DNA of 64,000 nt from Catajapyx aquilonaris (lineage: Eukaryota), in assembly GCA_000934665.2 (NCBI GenBank), contig KZ537990.1, forward strand, positions 62,001-126,000. Direction: 5' to 3'. Position numbers and translations under genes: made by a program. Every line of letters begins with the position of its first letter. The first letter of the stretch is position 1. The notes beneath the pieces are model-generated. The model saw nothing but the letters and a program-made list of their open reading frames with translations, was not told where the DNA came from and did no database searches. Shown one piece after another: positions 1 to 14,424 of the stretch.

Positions 1-1630
1 CTCAAGGTCGCATACCATAACGATTGTCGAAAATCAATTTCATGGTAACTGAACCACCTACATTGCTACAGGGCCTCTGTAACCAATACTTGCATTAAAC
101 CGCATAATTACACTGGCATACAAACAAATAAGTATACGTTTTCATGCATTTTTCTGAATGTTACTCAATATGTTCTGCATAATAGCACATGACTCGAATA
201 ATGATAAAATAATGATTTTTTTTCTCTTCGAATGAATTGATTCAGAACTTTTTCCTTGGACGTCCGTAAATTTTTCCTTGCTCGTAACAAATTTCGAATA
301 GTCTCTCAATTTTTCTCATAGCCCCATTTCAGCTGTCAGGTAGAAACCAAGTGGGGTCGACTGAGATTGACTTGGGTGCTAGTATCCCCAGACATTTCCC
401 GATGAATCAAGCCGATTCCGTAATAATAATACCGCCTCTCGGAAACATGTCACCCCAATTGAGACTTCATCCCAAGGTTGTTTTTTTTTTAAATCTAAAA
501 AAGAGTGTGGCGAGAATTCGGACTCGCTGAGAGGACAACAGATTTGTCAATGCGGGTCCATTTGTTCCCAGGATTCTACAGGCCACGGTATTTTCATTAC
601 GACGTGACCGGTTTTACCAATCGGATGCTTTACCCACTGGGTTTTTGTACCCGCCTTTTTCCCCCACAGGTTTTTTGAGAGCCTTTCCAAAGCACTTGCT
701 CCTTTCTTCATTGCGATTCCATAGAGGTTTCAGTCCTGGGTCTTTTCTTCTAGGGATCGCTTTTGTCTCGTAGAGTAAACCTCTGAGCCAGGTTGCACTG
801 ACCCGGAGCTTGTGACTACTATTTAATTATAGACTGCGATTCCTTGTCTGCCAATAGTCGCTCACAACTATTTACGTAAAAATGCACAAGAGTGTTGTTG
901 GTGTGACTATTCACTTAAGGCATTTATTAAATTCAAATGCACATATTCAATCAAAATACATTTATGTGTCATGTGGTGTAAAAAAAAAAAATCTTTGATA
1001 TCTGCCACTACTTACACAGCCATTGAAGTCAAAACTGTTTATTACCATGCCTTTGAGACGCATGTTATCAGCTAAAGTGCTCCCAACAAAAATGTTTACC
1101 ATTCGGATGATCAAAGAGGTCATAAACACTCGGCCCCTTTCATACAACTCACCACATGGATAATACCAAGTGCGGAAACTTTATGCAGAAAAAAAAATTG
1201 GAATCCAACGCAGAGCCATTAAAATCTCGGAGAGAGAAAAAAACTGCTGCTTCTCAAAAGTTATATGGTAGTGGATTTTCACATTTTGTGAAAATCTACG
1301 TGGCCCTTTTTTTGGGCCAACATCTCGTATATTCGGACTCATAAAAACGCAATGATATCCAGAGTCCCTTCATCGCGGTTTGGGTTTTCATTCGAAACGA
1401 CAGCAGAAACCTTACAAGAATTATGGTAATGACATTTTCCCCCGGCCCACAGTTCTGCGGCTAGTTGCAGTCCTGGCGAATATAAACCCTCTTTTATATA
1501 CCACCCATTTTTAGCAATGTTGGGGGTTATAAAAATGGACTGCAAACCTACTGCACAGTCATCTTGTAGTGTATAAAAGTGCCAGATTGTATTTACAAAT
1601 GAATCGTATTTATTGCAGGATCAGAGTCGG

Positions 1631-4600
1631 ATGAAGGGAAGAGAACGTCTGCCAGTGGACAACGAGGCATATCCGTATCGAAAATCAAAAGAAGATGGTT
1701 GTTGCAGCGTCAACTTCCTCAAATACGTCCTCTTTATATTCAACTTTGTGTTCATGGTGAGTATTATTCTACATTACGTACATGTCCAATATAATTATGT
1801 CCACAGCCTGTTTTACCTACTGATGGGACAACATTGCGCGGTATGTCATAATTTATTAATTAACCTCGTATGGTCGTTTCTATTTGCATTTTAATTAACA
1901 AGCACGTGCTGTACACTGCATAAATTGAACCCAGTAATAGTTGAAATATCCCAAACTTGAATTTAGCGTAATAGTAAAATAATCTGTGCACAACATAACG
2001 GACATTATCGTGCAAATATAATATATAGGGGGAGCAAGTAAAGAGCAAAATTGGGAATGAGTTTTGCAGGTTATCTATTCCTGCCAGTCTCCAATTTCAG
2101 CAGGTGCTGTCATCCTTATCCACTCGGATTCTCGTCACGCCTCGGAGAAAATTAAATTGCAGGCCTTGGAAGCCTTGTCAGCCTGGACCCGAGGCCCCTG
2201 GAATAGTCACCCGGATTCTGTAGATGTCGCACTCTACTATAGTATAATTCGCGATTTTGTTTGTTGATCGGACAGTATATTGCAATTATTACCAATAAAG
2301 TTCAGTTGTACAAGTGAGGAATTCTCAACAAGTACAGTTGTTGCTATATGAACCTTGCCTGCGTATATAAATTACTGGAAGCTTGTTTTCATGTGGTTGT
2401 ATCCAGCAGTTATGACTTCCGAGTTTGTTAACCGCATGGCACGGTCCTTTTCAGGTACACGAGTTCTGTAATTATATTCTGGACATGAGTTTGAGATCAT
2501 GTCGATGTCGCGTCGCTTCCATGTCGGAAGCACAGTGTGTGGTTTTTTGGCCTTTGTTGTGGTCCTGCTGAAGCGAGGGTTTCGCGGTTTCATCTGTTGC
2601 TGGCTGTTTGCTTGGCATGAATAGTGGACTGCTGTACTGCTCATTTCCGAAAAATGTAGTTTGCTTTTAAAAAGTTTTGTACGGACGTACATTCAGCTAG
2701 CACCAAAATGTTCTATTGAAATATATTTAATGTCAGAGATTGTGCAGGAATTCACAGAGAAGTCGATTTTTTAAATGGAAAAGACTGAGATTCTTCCAGT
2801 GATTTTAATATCGGATCTAAGATCAAAAACCAATCTTGAAATGAAAGTTTCCCTTTGACTTCAGATCAATATAGTCCTCCGCAAACAAATAATACCGTTC
2901 CGCTTTAAGATTTCAATTCAATCCACGGCTTCTTTGGCTATACATTTTCGGAATGGCATTGCTTCAAAATATATTTTCCAAGCAATGTAATGCCTCTACA
3001 TCTGATACTAATCATGATGTGCTTGCTAAAATAAAGGAAGTTCATATTTTGCAAAAGTAGGGCCTATTCCCTGCAGAATTTGTCACGAGCGAGAGAGGCA
3101 AGGTATAAAATTTTGCGACACACCGAGATTTCCCTGCAAATCAGACCCATATTACACAAGCGTACCAATAAAATATTACTGGACCGCCATCCGCTCCATG
3201 CACTGTACAGCAAATGTAGGACACCGCAAATGTCCACACCAAACCTCTCCGGAACTCACCATACACGGACTTCATCACAGGTCCAATATACCTTATATAT
3301 ATTTTTTCCGACCCTCAAAAGGGACCCCTCCATCGAATGAAACCCATCATCTAGGAATTCCCAGAATGCTCTCTTCCCCTTGCTTTCTATATACCTCGTG
3401 TTTTTCACTACAGCATACCAACCCTCAGTATTTTCACCAGCTCTGGACGTGCAAGGGTATATTGCACTGCTGGGAATTAATAATAATAATCATCCGGATG
3501 AACACGTGATTGTTTCCATTATTTATTCTGAAGAATTTATATAGATGTTGTTGAGTGATTCGCTAACTATACAGTACGGCTTACTTTGCAAACGAGCAAG
3601 TTCAATAGGTTAAGTGCTGTGCTTCATCCTTCTCACTTGTCAGCAGTACAATATCCTCTTATACACACAGACTCTCTGTGATACCTAATCGACAAAGAAA
3701 GGCACCGAAGCTTAACTCTCTGCAAACTGAGATACAGTATACTGAGAGGCTGCCAAAAGTGTTTCAGTCAAGTCAACATCACATTGGGTTAAGCACAGTT
3801 TTCGTCGTATTTTGTATTCTGTTGGACTTGGCTTCATCCACATTTTTTTTCCATGTTTCAGTTGGCTGGCCTGGCCGTTCTGGGAGTCGGTGTGTGGACA
3901 GTGGCCACCAAGCACGAGTTTATAATCCTGCTGACCACAGCCACATATGCTCTGATCGCCTATATTCTGATCCTTGCCGGAGGATTGGCTCTGCTCACAT
4001 CTGCCCTCGGATGCTGCGGTGTCTCCAAGGAGCATCGTTGCCTCCTTCTATTGGTAAATCTATTGCTTTTCCCCCTTCCAATAATAGTCTACCCGTTGTA
4101 TTGATGGCGGCCCCCTATGCTCACCCGATAATGCACGTTTGCAATAACTTCTTTCCCTGGTCTTTAACGGTAAAAAGTTTTTTTTTTTCCTTCTCTCTCT
4201 ATCCGATAAAATACCGCACCTGCTGGTCCCCGCATCTGTCCGGTTTGGAAAAAAGTTATCTGGCTCTCGCCTTGCAGAAATTGGCAGATGTTGCCCCCAC
4301 AAGGAAAGTATTTCACTTACGCGGAGGAAGCTCAATTTCTTTGGAATGCAACTTCGAAGCAGTGTGCCCTATATATATTGTGGCCAAAGTATATAAATGA
4401 AGTTAATAATCCTCATTACAGTACACATTTCTTCTACTGGTGATCTTCCTGTTGGAGGCAAAAGCAGGTGTAATATCTTACATTTACGAAGAACAAGTAG
4501 TGTATGAGCTGGAAGTGCATCTTAATTCCACGTTCATAGACAATTATCAAGTGGATCGAATCAAAACTGAAGCCATCGATAAAATGCAAAGGAAGGTAAT

Positions 4601-5127
4601 AAAAATTCATTTGTTGTAGATTTAATACCCGAAATAATAAATTTATATTCTTCACACTTCAGTTCGAGTGCTGTGGGGCGTTGAGTTTCGAAGATTGGTC
4701 ATACAGTGTGTGGATGCAGGAAAAGCATACGAATAAAAAAGTTCCAGATTCATGCTGCATATCAGAGAGTCCAGGATGCGGAGTCAGAGATCATCCGAGC
4801 AACATATACTACAGCGTGAGTCATCTCTATTACATAATTTGAGAAATTATCAAAGGAATATGTTGACCTTCAGTTGTATAAATTGTGGCGATAACCGAAC
4901 ATTCATTTAATGATTGTATCGGGTTGTTCCCAGCTTTTTCACTTTTTCATTTGTAATAACATATATTGTTTACTTCCCAGGGTTGCATATACCACTTCTC
5001 ATCCAACATCAGAGAACATCTCATAATTTTGGGCGCTGTGGGTCTTGGAATATGTATTATACAAGTTTTTGGAATGATCTTCTCTTGCTGCCTGTATGTC
5101 AAGTTAAAGGACTTCCAACATGAGTGA
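1631..5127 (+). CDS. Tetraspanin, CD151/Tspan11-like, ~263 aa; exons 1631-1756, 3862-4053, 4422-4595, 4663-4815, 4981-5127
   Basis: All introns GT-AG and phase 0. Four hydrophobic segments, [13 protein letters not shown] in TM1, ALGCCG, and large-loop FECCG, VPDSCC and GC motifs; ends [12 protein letters not shown]. Confidence 0.93.
3064..3470 (-). other. Candidate nested antisense spliced unit in the tetraspanin intron; exons ~3470-3260 and 3202-3064; product unknown
   Basis: TTCCCAG acceptor, ~70 stop-free codons, a 57-nt GTGAGT...TGTACAG intron (3259-3203), and the frame continues across the junction (DEVRV|CAWSGW...DKFCRE*). No family recognised. Confidence 0.3.
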
Positions 5128-5941
5128 AGAATTGACCCGTTTTGGCACACGGAGTATTATTCATTATTGTGATGTATAGAAAAAGGCCAGAAAAATACCT
5201 GATGCTGAAGGCCAACTTATGATGCTGTGACCAAGTAAGTGAAGTTTGGAATATTGTACGGCATCGCAACATAACAAATTTTCTATTTATTGCAGGGAGT
5301 GACCTATGGCTTCCAGTCAACTACACAGCATCAAAGTGGGATAGCAGCAAAAGTCTGATAAAAAAATGAAAAAAATTGAACATTATTTTCTCGAGAAAGT
5401 TCATTGTGTTTTTATCAATCCATGCTCCTTTTCATTTCCTCTACAGAATTTCATTAAATCGATTCTTATACTGCACAGTCACACACTGTGACTCAGGAAA
5501 ATGGACATGTCCTGCACTCTATACAAATAAAGCTTGGCAAAATAATTATATGAAAAAATTGTGGCTGTGTACCTTGTGCTACTGTTTGTACGCGTAATTG
5601 TATTTTTGTACTGTGTGTCACCAACCAAGTGTTGCAACAACCAGCATTAAACTATTTTCTTCTCCTCCCATGTTTCAAATTTCATGTCATTTGCCTGCAG
5701 TATTCCTGACACTGTATGATCCTGAAAATTAATACCTTCTTCTAATGAGGCTCACATTAGTGGGAATGACGCCTACAGCACATCTGCTGGTAATGATGAA
5801 ACTGATACTTGCAACGTACATCAAATGCACTTTCAAAATAACGAGCAACCTGCATCGGTTACAACGTACTTAAAACAAGCCGCACTTTCTGTTACATGCA
5901 GCTTCCTTTACCGTATTAACACTAATTAAAAGCGTCACTTT

Positions 5942-8900
5942 TTAAAAGAGCTGGTCCCCCTCAGGTCGTGCAGGAAAAACATCCATCCATTGCTCGTCGC
6001 TTGCACCTAGAAGTCCAGGAAATTGGGTTGAAAGAGCGCTTAGTATCTGAGAGGAAATGTCTGAAGGGCTTCCTAGTTCCGGCAGAGGTTTTGTAGCTTC
6101 TTCGGTGAGTTCAAAGGGAATTGAAAAAGAGAAAGAATACTCCCGCAGGCGGCGCTCCTCATTTTCTTTTCTTTCTAAAACCTCTTTGAGGTTCGCTTTT
6201 TTTTTCTTTTCTCGAACGCAATTGCTCTCGGCAATCACTAGAGTTTTAATGCCGGTGGCAAACAACAGGGAGGCTTCCTCACCTATCTACGAAGCGGTTC
6301 TGGACCTTTTATAGGTCTCATTCATATTTTAAAATCTTTCCGAAAATAGCTATACGGTTGGATAAGTGTTGGGTCTACCAGAAAATAGGTTTTCGCCAGG
6401 TCACTGACTTGTGCACTCCATTTTCCAAAGACTGTCAAATTTTGCATTTTATTCACCCTCACATGAATCACACACATTTCTTAAAAACCTGAGCTCCTTT
6501 CCGGTCCATTTTTATAACTGACGTCTGTTATCACAGGAGTAAATATTAATGATCCGGTCCTTTTATCATCGTGCACCAGCATTGGAATTATAAAGAAGCT
6601 TTCAGCATTATTCCCCCCCCCCCCCGCCATTTTTTCCAAAGCTTCTCTTGTAATGTAGGCGAATTAATTTTTGTCACGAAAAGTTCTAATTCTGCGGGCG
6701 AAGATTTGCAGCTCTCCTGCTGCTGCTCCGATCTCCGCCAAAGTAATGTTTTTGTTGGCTTGCCAAATAAGCCGGACCAAAATTCCAGACACGTTACCCC
6801 GAGGCAGGCCCTGCGGAGGAAAATGCACGTCGATTTCCATTACGTTCAGAGAACCTTCCTAATGCAAACACCTTTTTTTTTGTAATGCGTATACTTTGTG
6901 TCACTTTTTTTTGTAAAAAAAATACTATGCATTCAAAATTTAGTAGGTGTGTCCTGAGTAATTATGATCATGTATGTTGCAAAAAAATTTCAACTTCTTG
7001 TTGCAACCATATACCGTTGGTGTAAAGTTCGCGTGACGAATATCCAACAAAACGTGTTCTGAAGAAATTGACTTTGTTGTGTGCTTCTCAGAGCCCAGCA
7101 GGGACTGAGTGCTGCAGGGCGCCCATTTCCAATGCCGCGATCCCGTTTCCTGGTGTCTCTTTCAATTTCCGCCGGAGAATTTATTGGAACAACCCGGGCT
7201 ACTAGGAAACAGAAGCCATGTCTTTTCCTTTGTGCAATTCCAAGAGCTCTTTGATTCCGTTTGTCTCTTGCTGGGTCGTGACCCCTCCCATGATTTCAAT
7301 GACCAGTGATCATTACTTTAACAATGAGACTCCAATGCAAATATCCAACTGCATAGTAGAACATTACTCAATCCTGGGTTTTGACGGATTGAAAATTTTT
7401 TCTTCCCAAAGCGCTTTGCTTTTGACTAACGAGTTGCCCCCCAATGATGCAAATGTCACAGTAATGATGCAGACAAACAATCGGAGGGGGGGAAATGACG
7501 AATGGAGTGATTTTGAAAAACCACGCCTCACATAAGTCATTCGCACCACAAAAATGTCTGGCGCAGAGCACCGTTTTGGCCCTGCCATACATTACAAGCT
7601 TGTGATTTACCGCTTACAGGTGTTGTAAAACTCGGACAAAATTGAAGACTATATTTTTTTTTTACATGGAATGACCTATAACTCGCGATGCCAGAATTAG
7701 ATTTGATGAATCAAGTCGACTTAATTATCAATTAATATGTCACATAAATGTAACTGTTGAATAAACGCAAAAAAAAAAAATCTGGCATTTCAAATTTTTA
7801 AGTAATTAACAAAACCTGATTCTCCCTCTGCACATTCCGCAAATGTGCAAAGGCTCTAAACTGCAGATTTCTTCCAGCTGCAGCAACAATTTCGCAAATT
7901 CTGGCGACAAGTTAAGCCAAATTTTAATCTCGCTTCCCACCACACAATTTCGCGCAAGGTAAGTCACACAAGCCATTTGTAATTCCACCTCTGAAAACTC
8001 TTGAATTTCACCCTCATTTTCCTCCTCCTTTTAAGGCTCCGTGCCAATTATCAAGATATGTTTAGACGGTCCATTAGTTCCGTTCGATTTCGCCATTCTA
8101 TTGATTACTGATAATGCCACAATTTTCAGTACTTCCGTGAAGGCTTAACGAAAAAGTGATGGTGAATTACCATCGGACCAAAAAAAAAAAAAAACTGCGC
8201 TAATGATGTCTGCATCCGGAATGAGATGAAAAATTAATTATCCAAAAGTGCAGTGTAGTCATGCCGAACACTAGCTGTCAATGCATGTTCTAATTAATTA
8301 ATCAGCAAGTTACCGCCTGCCAAGAAAATTCTAGCAAAAATTTGCCAGCATTACTCATTAGCTCGGAATGCAGATTACTCCCCCTAATGAATCAACTGTG
8401 AGAAGAACAGGCTTCAAATTATTTCTTCAAGTCATTTAATCGCAACCATTGTCGTCATGCATGAATTTCCACAAGTGACACAACTTACATTTACAGGCAA
8501 TAAAATTAATTGCCAGTAATTTTTGCGCATTTTCTAATATTTTATCCGTTATTTATTTGGTCACTCATGTACTTAATTTCTTTTAATTATTTCCCATTCA
8601 TTACAAGGTGATTCGGCAAAAGTTAAGTAAAAAAATCAATGAATTCATTGATTTTTTTTTGCTTAACTTTCGGTGGTTCCGGTAGCATCACCTTTTCCCA
8701 GTCAGCATGGGGAGTAATGGTAGCTAAAGGTCTCCAGTATCGACGTCTGCATTGGACATTTCGCCTCGAGGCTCCAAAAGATCCACCCAATATCTCGAAC
8801 TTGGATACCTCTCTTTCTTCTCCTCTCCCCCATCTTCAATAACAAGGTTCTTTTCTGGTTTCACTTTTCGATTTCCCGTTCCAGACATTGATCGAACGAC

Positions 8901-9590
8901 AGCTCGGTTAGGAATCAAAGGTCCTTACGGTTATACTTGTAGTATGCAACCGCACGTCCATTTTAGGTCTCGCTCAATCTAACAGGAATTTGCAGTTGTC
9001 AGAAATATTCAAATTTTTGAGCAGTCGTCCAGCAGCCGATTACAACGTGGGATGTTAACCCATCAGGTTAACATATTCGCTGTTAATCATGTCTGGTTAA
9101 TCTGGAGTTAATCGTATACGTCTGATGGTTAACAGCTTTCGTCTCATCTCATCTTTAGTTTCATCAACCATCTGGTGTCCATTTTGCCTTTGGTGAACGA
9201 TCTATCTTGCAATTTGGACCTCAAAATAGTGTCGTAACGTCTGCCTTTTTCCGCCCAGCAGTTGCTGAGACCTTTTCCAACGTCGGATAAATTTTTTTCC
9301 CCGTCGCCTCCATTTGCAGCGTCACTGCTAATTTCCTCGTAAACCGGGCACAATGATGGTCGGTGAACGACCCTCTTTCTTACTGTGAAATGGCCTATTG
9401 CCACTTGGATCGCTGACTTAATTACGCCCCCCCTACAGTACACCCCAATTATTTTGTCGCTCCTCGCATTTTGCTCATTAAGGTAGACACCATGCGCAAT
9501 TAAATTTTTGTCATTATTGCTATGGAGGTACCTTGCCCAGAATAGAAATCTCTGCAGAGTTTTATGAACATTGCGCACCTTGACTCGCAT
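5942..9590 (-). pseudogene. Decayed coding-like minus-strand segments of unknown origin (pseudogene, transposon or viral relic)
   Basis: GC-richer patches: 148-aa ORF 9590-9144, an interrupted frame at ~7290-7015, an exon-like piece ~6858-6665 and ORF 6265-5942. Many in-frame stops and no recognisable motif. Confidence 0.2.
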
Positions 9591-11068
9591 GCTGCCTGCT
9601 TTTACTGGAGCAAAAATAAAATGTCGTAATTTTAAGTTATTTATTAGGTTGCATTAGGGGGGTTAGGCCTACTGTTTGCTTGTTGAATATTACATGAAAG
9701 TGCAGGCTCACTCGTTCACATGTGTTTATTCCTGTCATTTATACATTTTGAGAGGGGAAAATCCTGAATGTCAACAGTCAAAATGAATGTGCCAATTAAA
9801 AGCGTCCCAATCATTACGCAAGAAGGATGTAAAAAAATTACAGTTCAATATAATTATACTCGATTAGATACCTAATCAAACATGCTTTCTACGTAATTTG
9901 CTTCAAAGTGCACCGTTTTCAAAATGAGATTATTCCGTGTGCCATTTTCTGCCTCATGTGTATTATTCACAAATTTTTTGACGCCACATCAATTTTCGTC
10001 TAGCGAGCAAAATAATCTTCCGAGTTTTACAAATATAAACAAACATTTGACCCTGACAGCTCGGAGATGTAGAGTAGTACAGAGACGATTTCAATAAAGC
10101 TCAGAAACATTTATAGATTTTTTTCCTACTTATTGAGTGATTGGCATGACTGCTATATTACAATTATTAGATATGCAGTCTTACATATAGCAGCAGAGCT
10201 ATACTTGCCACATTTGTAGTAATCTTGGTAGCAATGATAAAACTTGCTATTTTTATCCTAGTTGTGCATTTATCAGGGGGCGATCCAGAAGTCATTTAAT
10301 AAATCCTGATTCCGTCCACGAATTGTGCACCCAGAAAATATGTAACCTATTCTAATACTATTTAAAATCAATAATAATTATTTTTTGCACTAACCACATA
10401 GCTGAAAATTGCCTGCCATTTGCTTCGGGCTTCGGGCTCAGGCTCCGGTGTTCTGACCTTTGGTTCTGACATAAGTTACAGTGTACAATCCGGTACAATC
10501 TGGTCGAAGGTCAAGTCGGCATTTTTGCGACGCCGGCAGCAAAGACCTGTTTGAGTCAGATCACATATCAAGGCAACACATGGAGCAAACATGGCCAGTT
10601 CACTTCCTGCCCGGTCCGGAAGCAAATCCGCTGACATATGGGTATCACTTGCAGGGCTGATCGTTGTTCATTGTTCCCACATGGATCCCACATGTATACA
10701 CTTCGACTTGGTGAGCAGCCACACAGTCACACGGATCCACGAAAGGTTGTTACTTGCCATCATTCGTACTTGTTTTTAAAAATCTTCTTAATGGTCCTTA
10801 CAGTCCATTTTACTAATCGTTCATCCCTCTGGATCAGGTGTAACGATGATGTCACCTCGATGCTAGGCAAGCATGGCATTGAAGTCTGCTGGCAGTGACC
10901 TCGTTGAGTCTGCTTGCGAAGCACTGTTTATCTGCGGAGTTCCCTTCCAGCCAATAGCACAGCGTAGGGTACCTTCGAGGGGAAAATCCCGAGCAAAAGC
11001 ATCACGTGGTTGTCACCTCCTAGTTTCAGTGTGTGGGCGAGGTCAGGCTGTGGTCCAGACGGAGGAAG

Positions 11069-12520
11069 ATGTGTGCTGCTGCGTGTCCTGGAGCCTACGG
11101 GTGCAGTCATTACAAGAGGAGGTGTCAGTTGTTGGTAAGTCAGGTTCTAATTTATATTGTTGACAGGGCCATTTAAAATACCGAAATTGTGCTGCATTTT
11201 TGTTGATGCGGAATTTGACTGGGCTCTTCTTTTTAATTGGCTAAGGAATGTGTGAGTGCATTACAACTGTGTAATTTCGTGCTCCTAGTTTGGTCCTTTA
11301 AATATGCACCCACTATACTAATAATTGTTTAATAACAATGGAAAAAAATCGGGCCAAATAATTATGTAATCTGCATTTTGTATAAATCGCTCATATTAAA
11401 ACCTGAATAATGTAAATAAATTCTTACTCACCCAAGTTCAGCCATATCGACATTAGATAATAAATGTCAGCAAACTCTGGGTAATACCGATACGTGTTGT
11501 TACTAGTGGCCTTGAACACTCCATGCACCGAAAGTCAACCCTCTGAGATCAGCATATTTCGGCACGATCAAAGTGCTTCTAGGGAATCTTCCGGGCATCG
11601 TACGACCTTGAGTGTGTTTACCATATGCCGCCAATCACGAATGCATTTTTAATAATTAATTTATTATGTAGATAGTATACATGTTGGGTCATTTTCTGTA
11701 GAGTGACAACTATACTAACCGCAATTTATTCCATCAGTGTTCCGTATGCCTCAAGTACTACGTGTGTCGCTTCTGCCACGACGAATCTGAATCAATAAAC
11801 CATACCATGAATCGAAACGAAGTGGACTTCGTGAAGTGCATGACCTGCAACCACGTGCAGAAAGTGCAGCAGACATGCAACATGTGCAGCACCAACTTTG
11901 GGAAGGTATACTGTCAGACTCTATTCAAAATAAGAGATCATGTGTCTTAACTTTTTTTTTAAATATCCACAGTATTTCTGCAAGGAGTGTTGCCTTTATG
12001 ATGATGAAGACCTTCGACAATTCCATTGCGACAAGTGCGGACTGTGTCGCCAAGGGGGAGAGCACAACTACTTCCACTGCCCAGGGTGCAACATGTGCTT
12101 GAACATTACATTAATTGATAATCACCAGGTGATGTACCTTTCAAATACATAATCTAACAGGGGAATTGTGCAAAATTATTATACACAACTTACTCATCGT
12201 TACACCAGCTTACTACATCTCACAAATGCACAGTTTACAGGAACAAAATTTTGGCTAACTAAAAAAATATTGGCACGCCAATGCATTGGAGGTGGTCAAA
12301 AATATTAGTGGACAATATTAAGTTGAATTCAATGTCATTTCAGTGTGTGGAAAACGTGTCCCATTCTGAATGCCCCATCTGCATGGAGGACCTTCACACC
12401 TCCAGGAAGTTGCTGGACCGTCCTTCGTGCGGGCATCTCATACACTTGGAGTGCAAAGATAAGATGAAGGAAAAAGGACACTGTCTGTGCCCAATATGCC
12501 GCAAGAAGATTGATGACTGA
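11069..12520 (+). CDS. RCHY1: RCHY1/Pirh2-like CHY + CTCHY + RING-H2 E3 ligase, copy A, ~188 aa; exons 11069-11134, 11738-11905, 11973-12128, 12344-12520
   Basis: YGCSHYKRRC, CRFCHD, YFCKECCLYDD, FHCDKCGLCRQGG and RING CPICMEDLHTS...CGHLIHLEC...CPICRK; phase-0 GT-AG introns. The start codon could lie further upstream. Confidence 0.9.
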
Positions 12521-13847
12521 GTGTAATAATCCAAAGCAGAAATATTCTTGCTTTTTTCAAGGCCTCTTTCATGTGTAATGTTGCTGTGATTTTTTTTTTC
12601 TTTCTTTTTAGGGCCACAGCGGGAATTAGTTAAGATAATTTGAATTTTTTCCCCTTTGAGTTATTGTGGTTTCAGTCCTTTCATAAGTTGCAACAGTTTT
12701 GGGAGGTTCTGATTTACTATTTTGTTATTGTTAAGAGGTTTGCACTTTAATATATTGTCTTATTGCAGCATTTAATCAGTTATTGTTGGAAGCTATATGT
12801 GTAGCAATAATTTTGATAGAGAAACTCTTGTACAAATCTATCAAAATTATTATTATGGAAATGCGTAAGCGCTGATTAAATTAGGATCTGTGTTATACTG
12901 TATAATTATGTACTTCCCATAATGAGTTTAATAAACAAGCAACATTTGCATTTATCAAAAATGGTGTACAATTATAGGCCTACCTTATTATAGCTGTGAC
13001 CTAACCTGGGTCACACCATTTTAATGATGGTAGATTATCTCACCAAGTCGTTGGAAACAATTATTCATTACAACAAATTACATCGATTCAATATGATTAG
13101 ATAATCTATTTACAGTACCGTATATTTAGTGGTGCAGTATGGTCTTATGAACAATTTTCTTGGATATTAATAAAATAAAATCCTAGTGGAGGAGAAGTGG
13201 ACATTCCTGCGGGGAAGTTTTTCATGCCCCAATATGAGTTTTTTTAAATACTTTTTTGGGATATATTTTCTTGAAATTATCAAGGTGCTGCTGCGCCCAC
13301 AGCTCATGCCACCTGCAAGTAGATTCTTGTACTATGCAGCAACAAGACTGTTCCTAAAACCGAAAGCCTGCAGCCACTGCCATCTGATGGAATCTTCCCA
13401 ATAGTGAAATACCTATTTTACAGTATTACAGGTCTGCCGCTATGATTGTAATCTATCACCCACGGGTCTTACTGATTTTATGCTTAAATTTTTCTGAAAT
13501 ATCACTGCAAGGAAATCGATCCAGGCATGGTCAGCTATGTTATAATTTTTATTATTACAAATAGTTATGTTTATTATGTAATTTTTATTGATACCTTACA
13601 TTATTTTGGTAAAATTTTGTTTCTATCAGGGTATCAAAAAGTGGTACCATATAAAGATTGTGGTAATGATGCTCTCTGGTCTCTATGCAGCCACACAATT
13701 GTTTCCTCATTAATGTGACAACTATATTGTTGACTACACGACCCCAAAGTATACACGGGTAATGTAAATTATTGCTGTCTAACATTTTACAAATAAATGT
13801 TTATGAACGATGTAAATGAATTGATATTCTTATCATATTTGTAGTTA

Positions 13848-13915
13848 GTCCCCCAAAGGGGCCAATATGGCCCAGAACGGGGTAATAGATAAATAAATAA
13901 AAAAAGATAAATAAA
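13848..13915 (+). mobile_element. Severely 5'-truncated non-LTR retroelement (LINE/SINE tail) with 13-bp TSD
   Basis: ATATTTGTAGTTA at 13835-13847 and 13916-13928 flanks a 68-bp insert containing a GGGCCAATATGGCCC hairpin and an (ATAA)n/A-rich tail. Confidence 0.75.
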
Positions 13916-14424
13916 ATATTTGTAGTTACATAGTATTACCAAATTGAATAATAAAAATTTATGCCAATCTACAATTTTGTTTTGAAAACTAATTGCATTG
14001 AAAATTAATCAAGTGGAATGGAAATAAAAGTATGATCTCATGCCAAAAGTACTATGATGTACCCAGTATAAGAACTGTACAACAAACAACGTCAAGATAA
14101 GAAAAGGTCATCTTCCACTATAGGGGTGGATAGAAAATTGATATAAATAAGTAATAAATGACTGCAATGCCATCTGAACGGATACTTCCCAAGTGACTGT
14201 AATCTCACATTTCCTGATATGTAATCTCATTTTATTCCCCGCTCTCAACCTCTCACATGACATGTTTTTTTCTGCAGACTGTCACTGCTCCATGATAAGA
14301 TCAGGCATGGCTCTTAGATATTTTTGCTGATTAGTGTGCTTGCTGCGTGCTGTCAAACTGCAGTTCATGAGACTTGTATATGGATTACCAGTACAGTTAT
14401 CACAATAGTCAGTACAGTTACAGA

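Noticed and set aside
3678..4400. 240-aa ORF in the six-frame track
   Set aside because: Off-frame overlap of tetraspanin exon 2 plus intron; no recognisable domain.
10579..11030. GC-richer ORFs upstream of RCHY1-A
   Set aside because: Not alignable to the paralogs, whose ATGs sit just before YGCxHY; probably 5'UTR exons or promoter.
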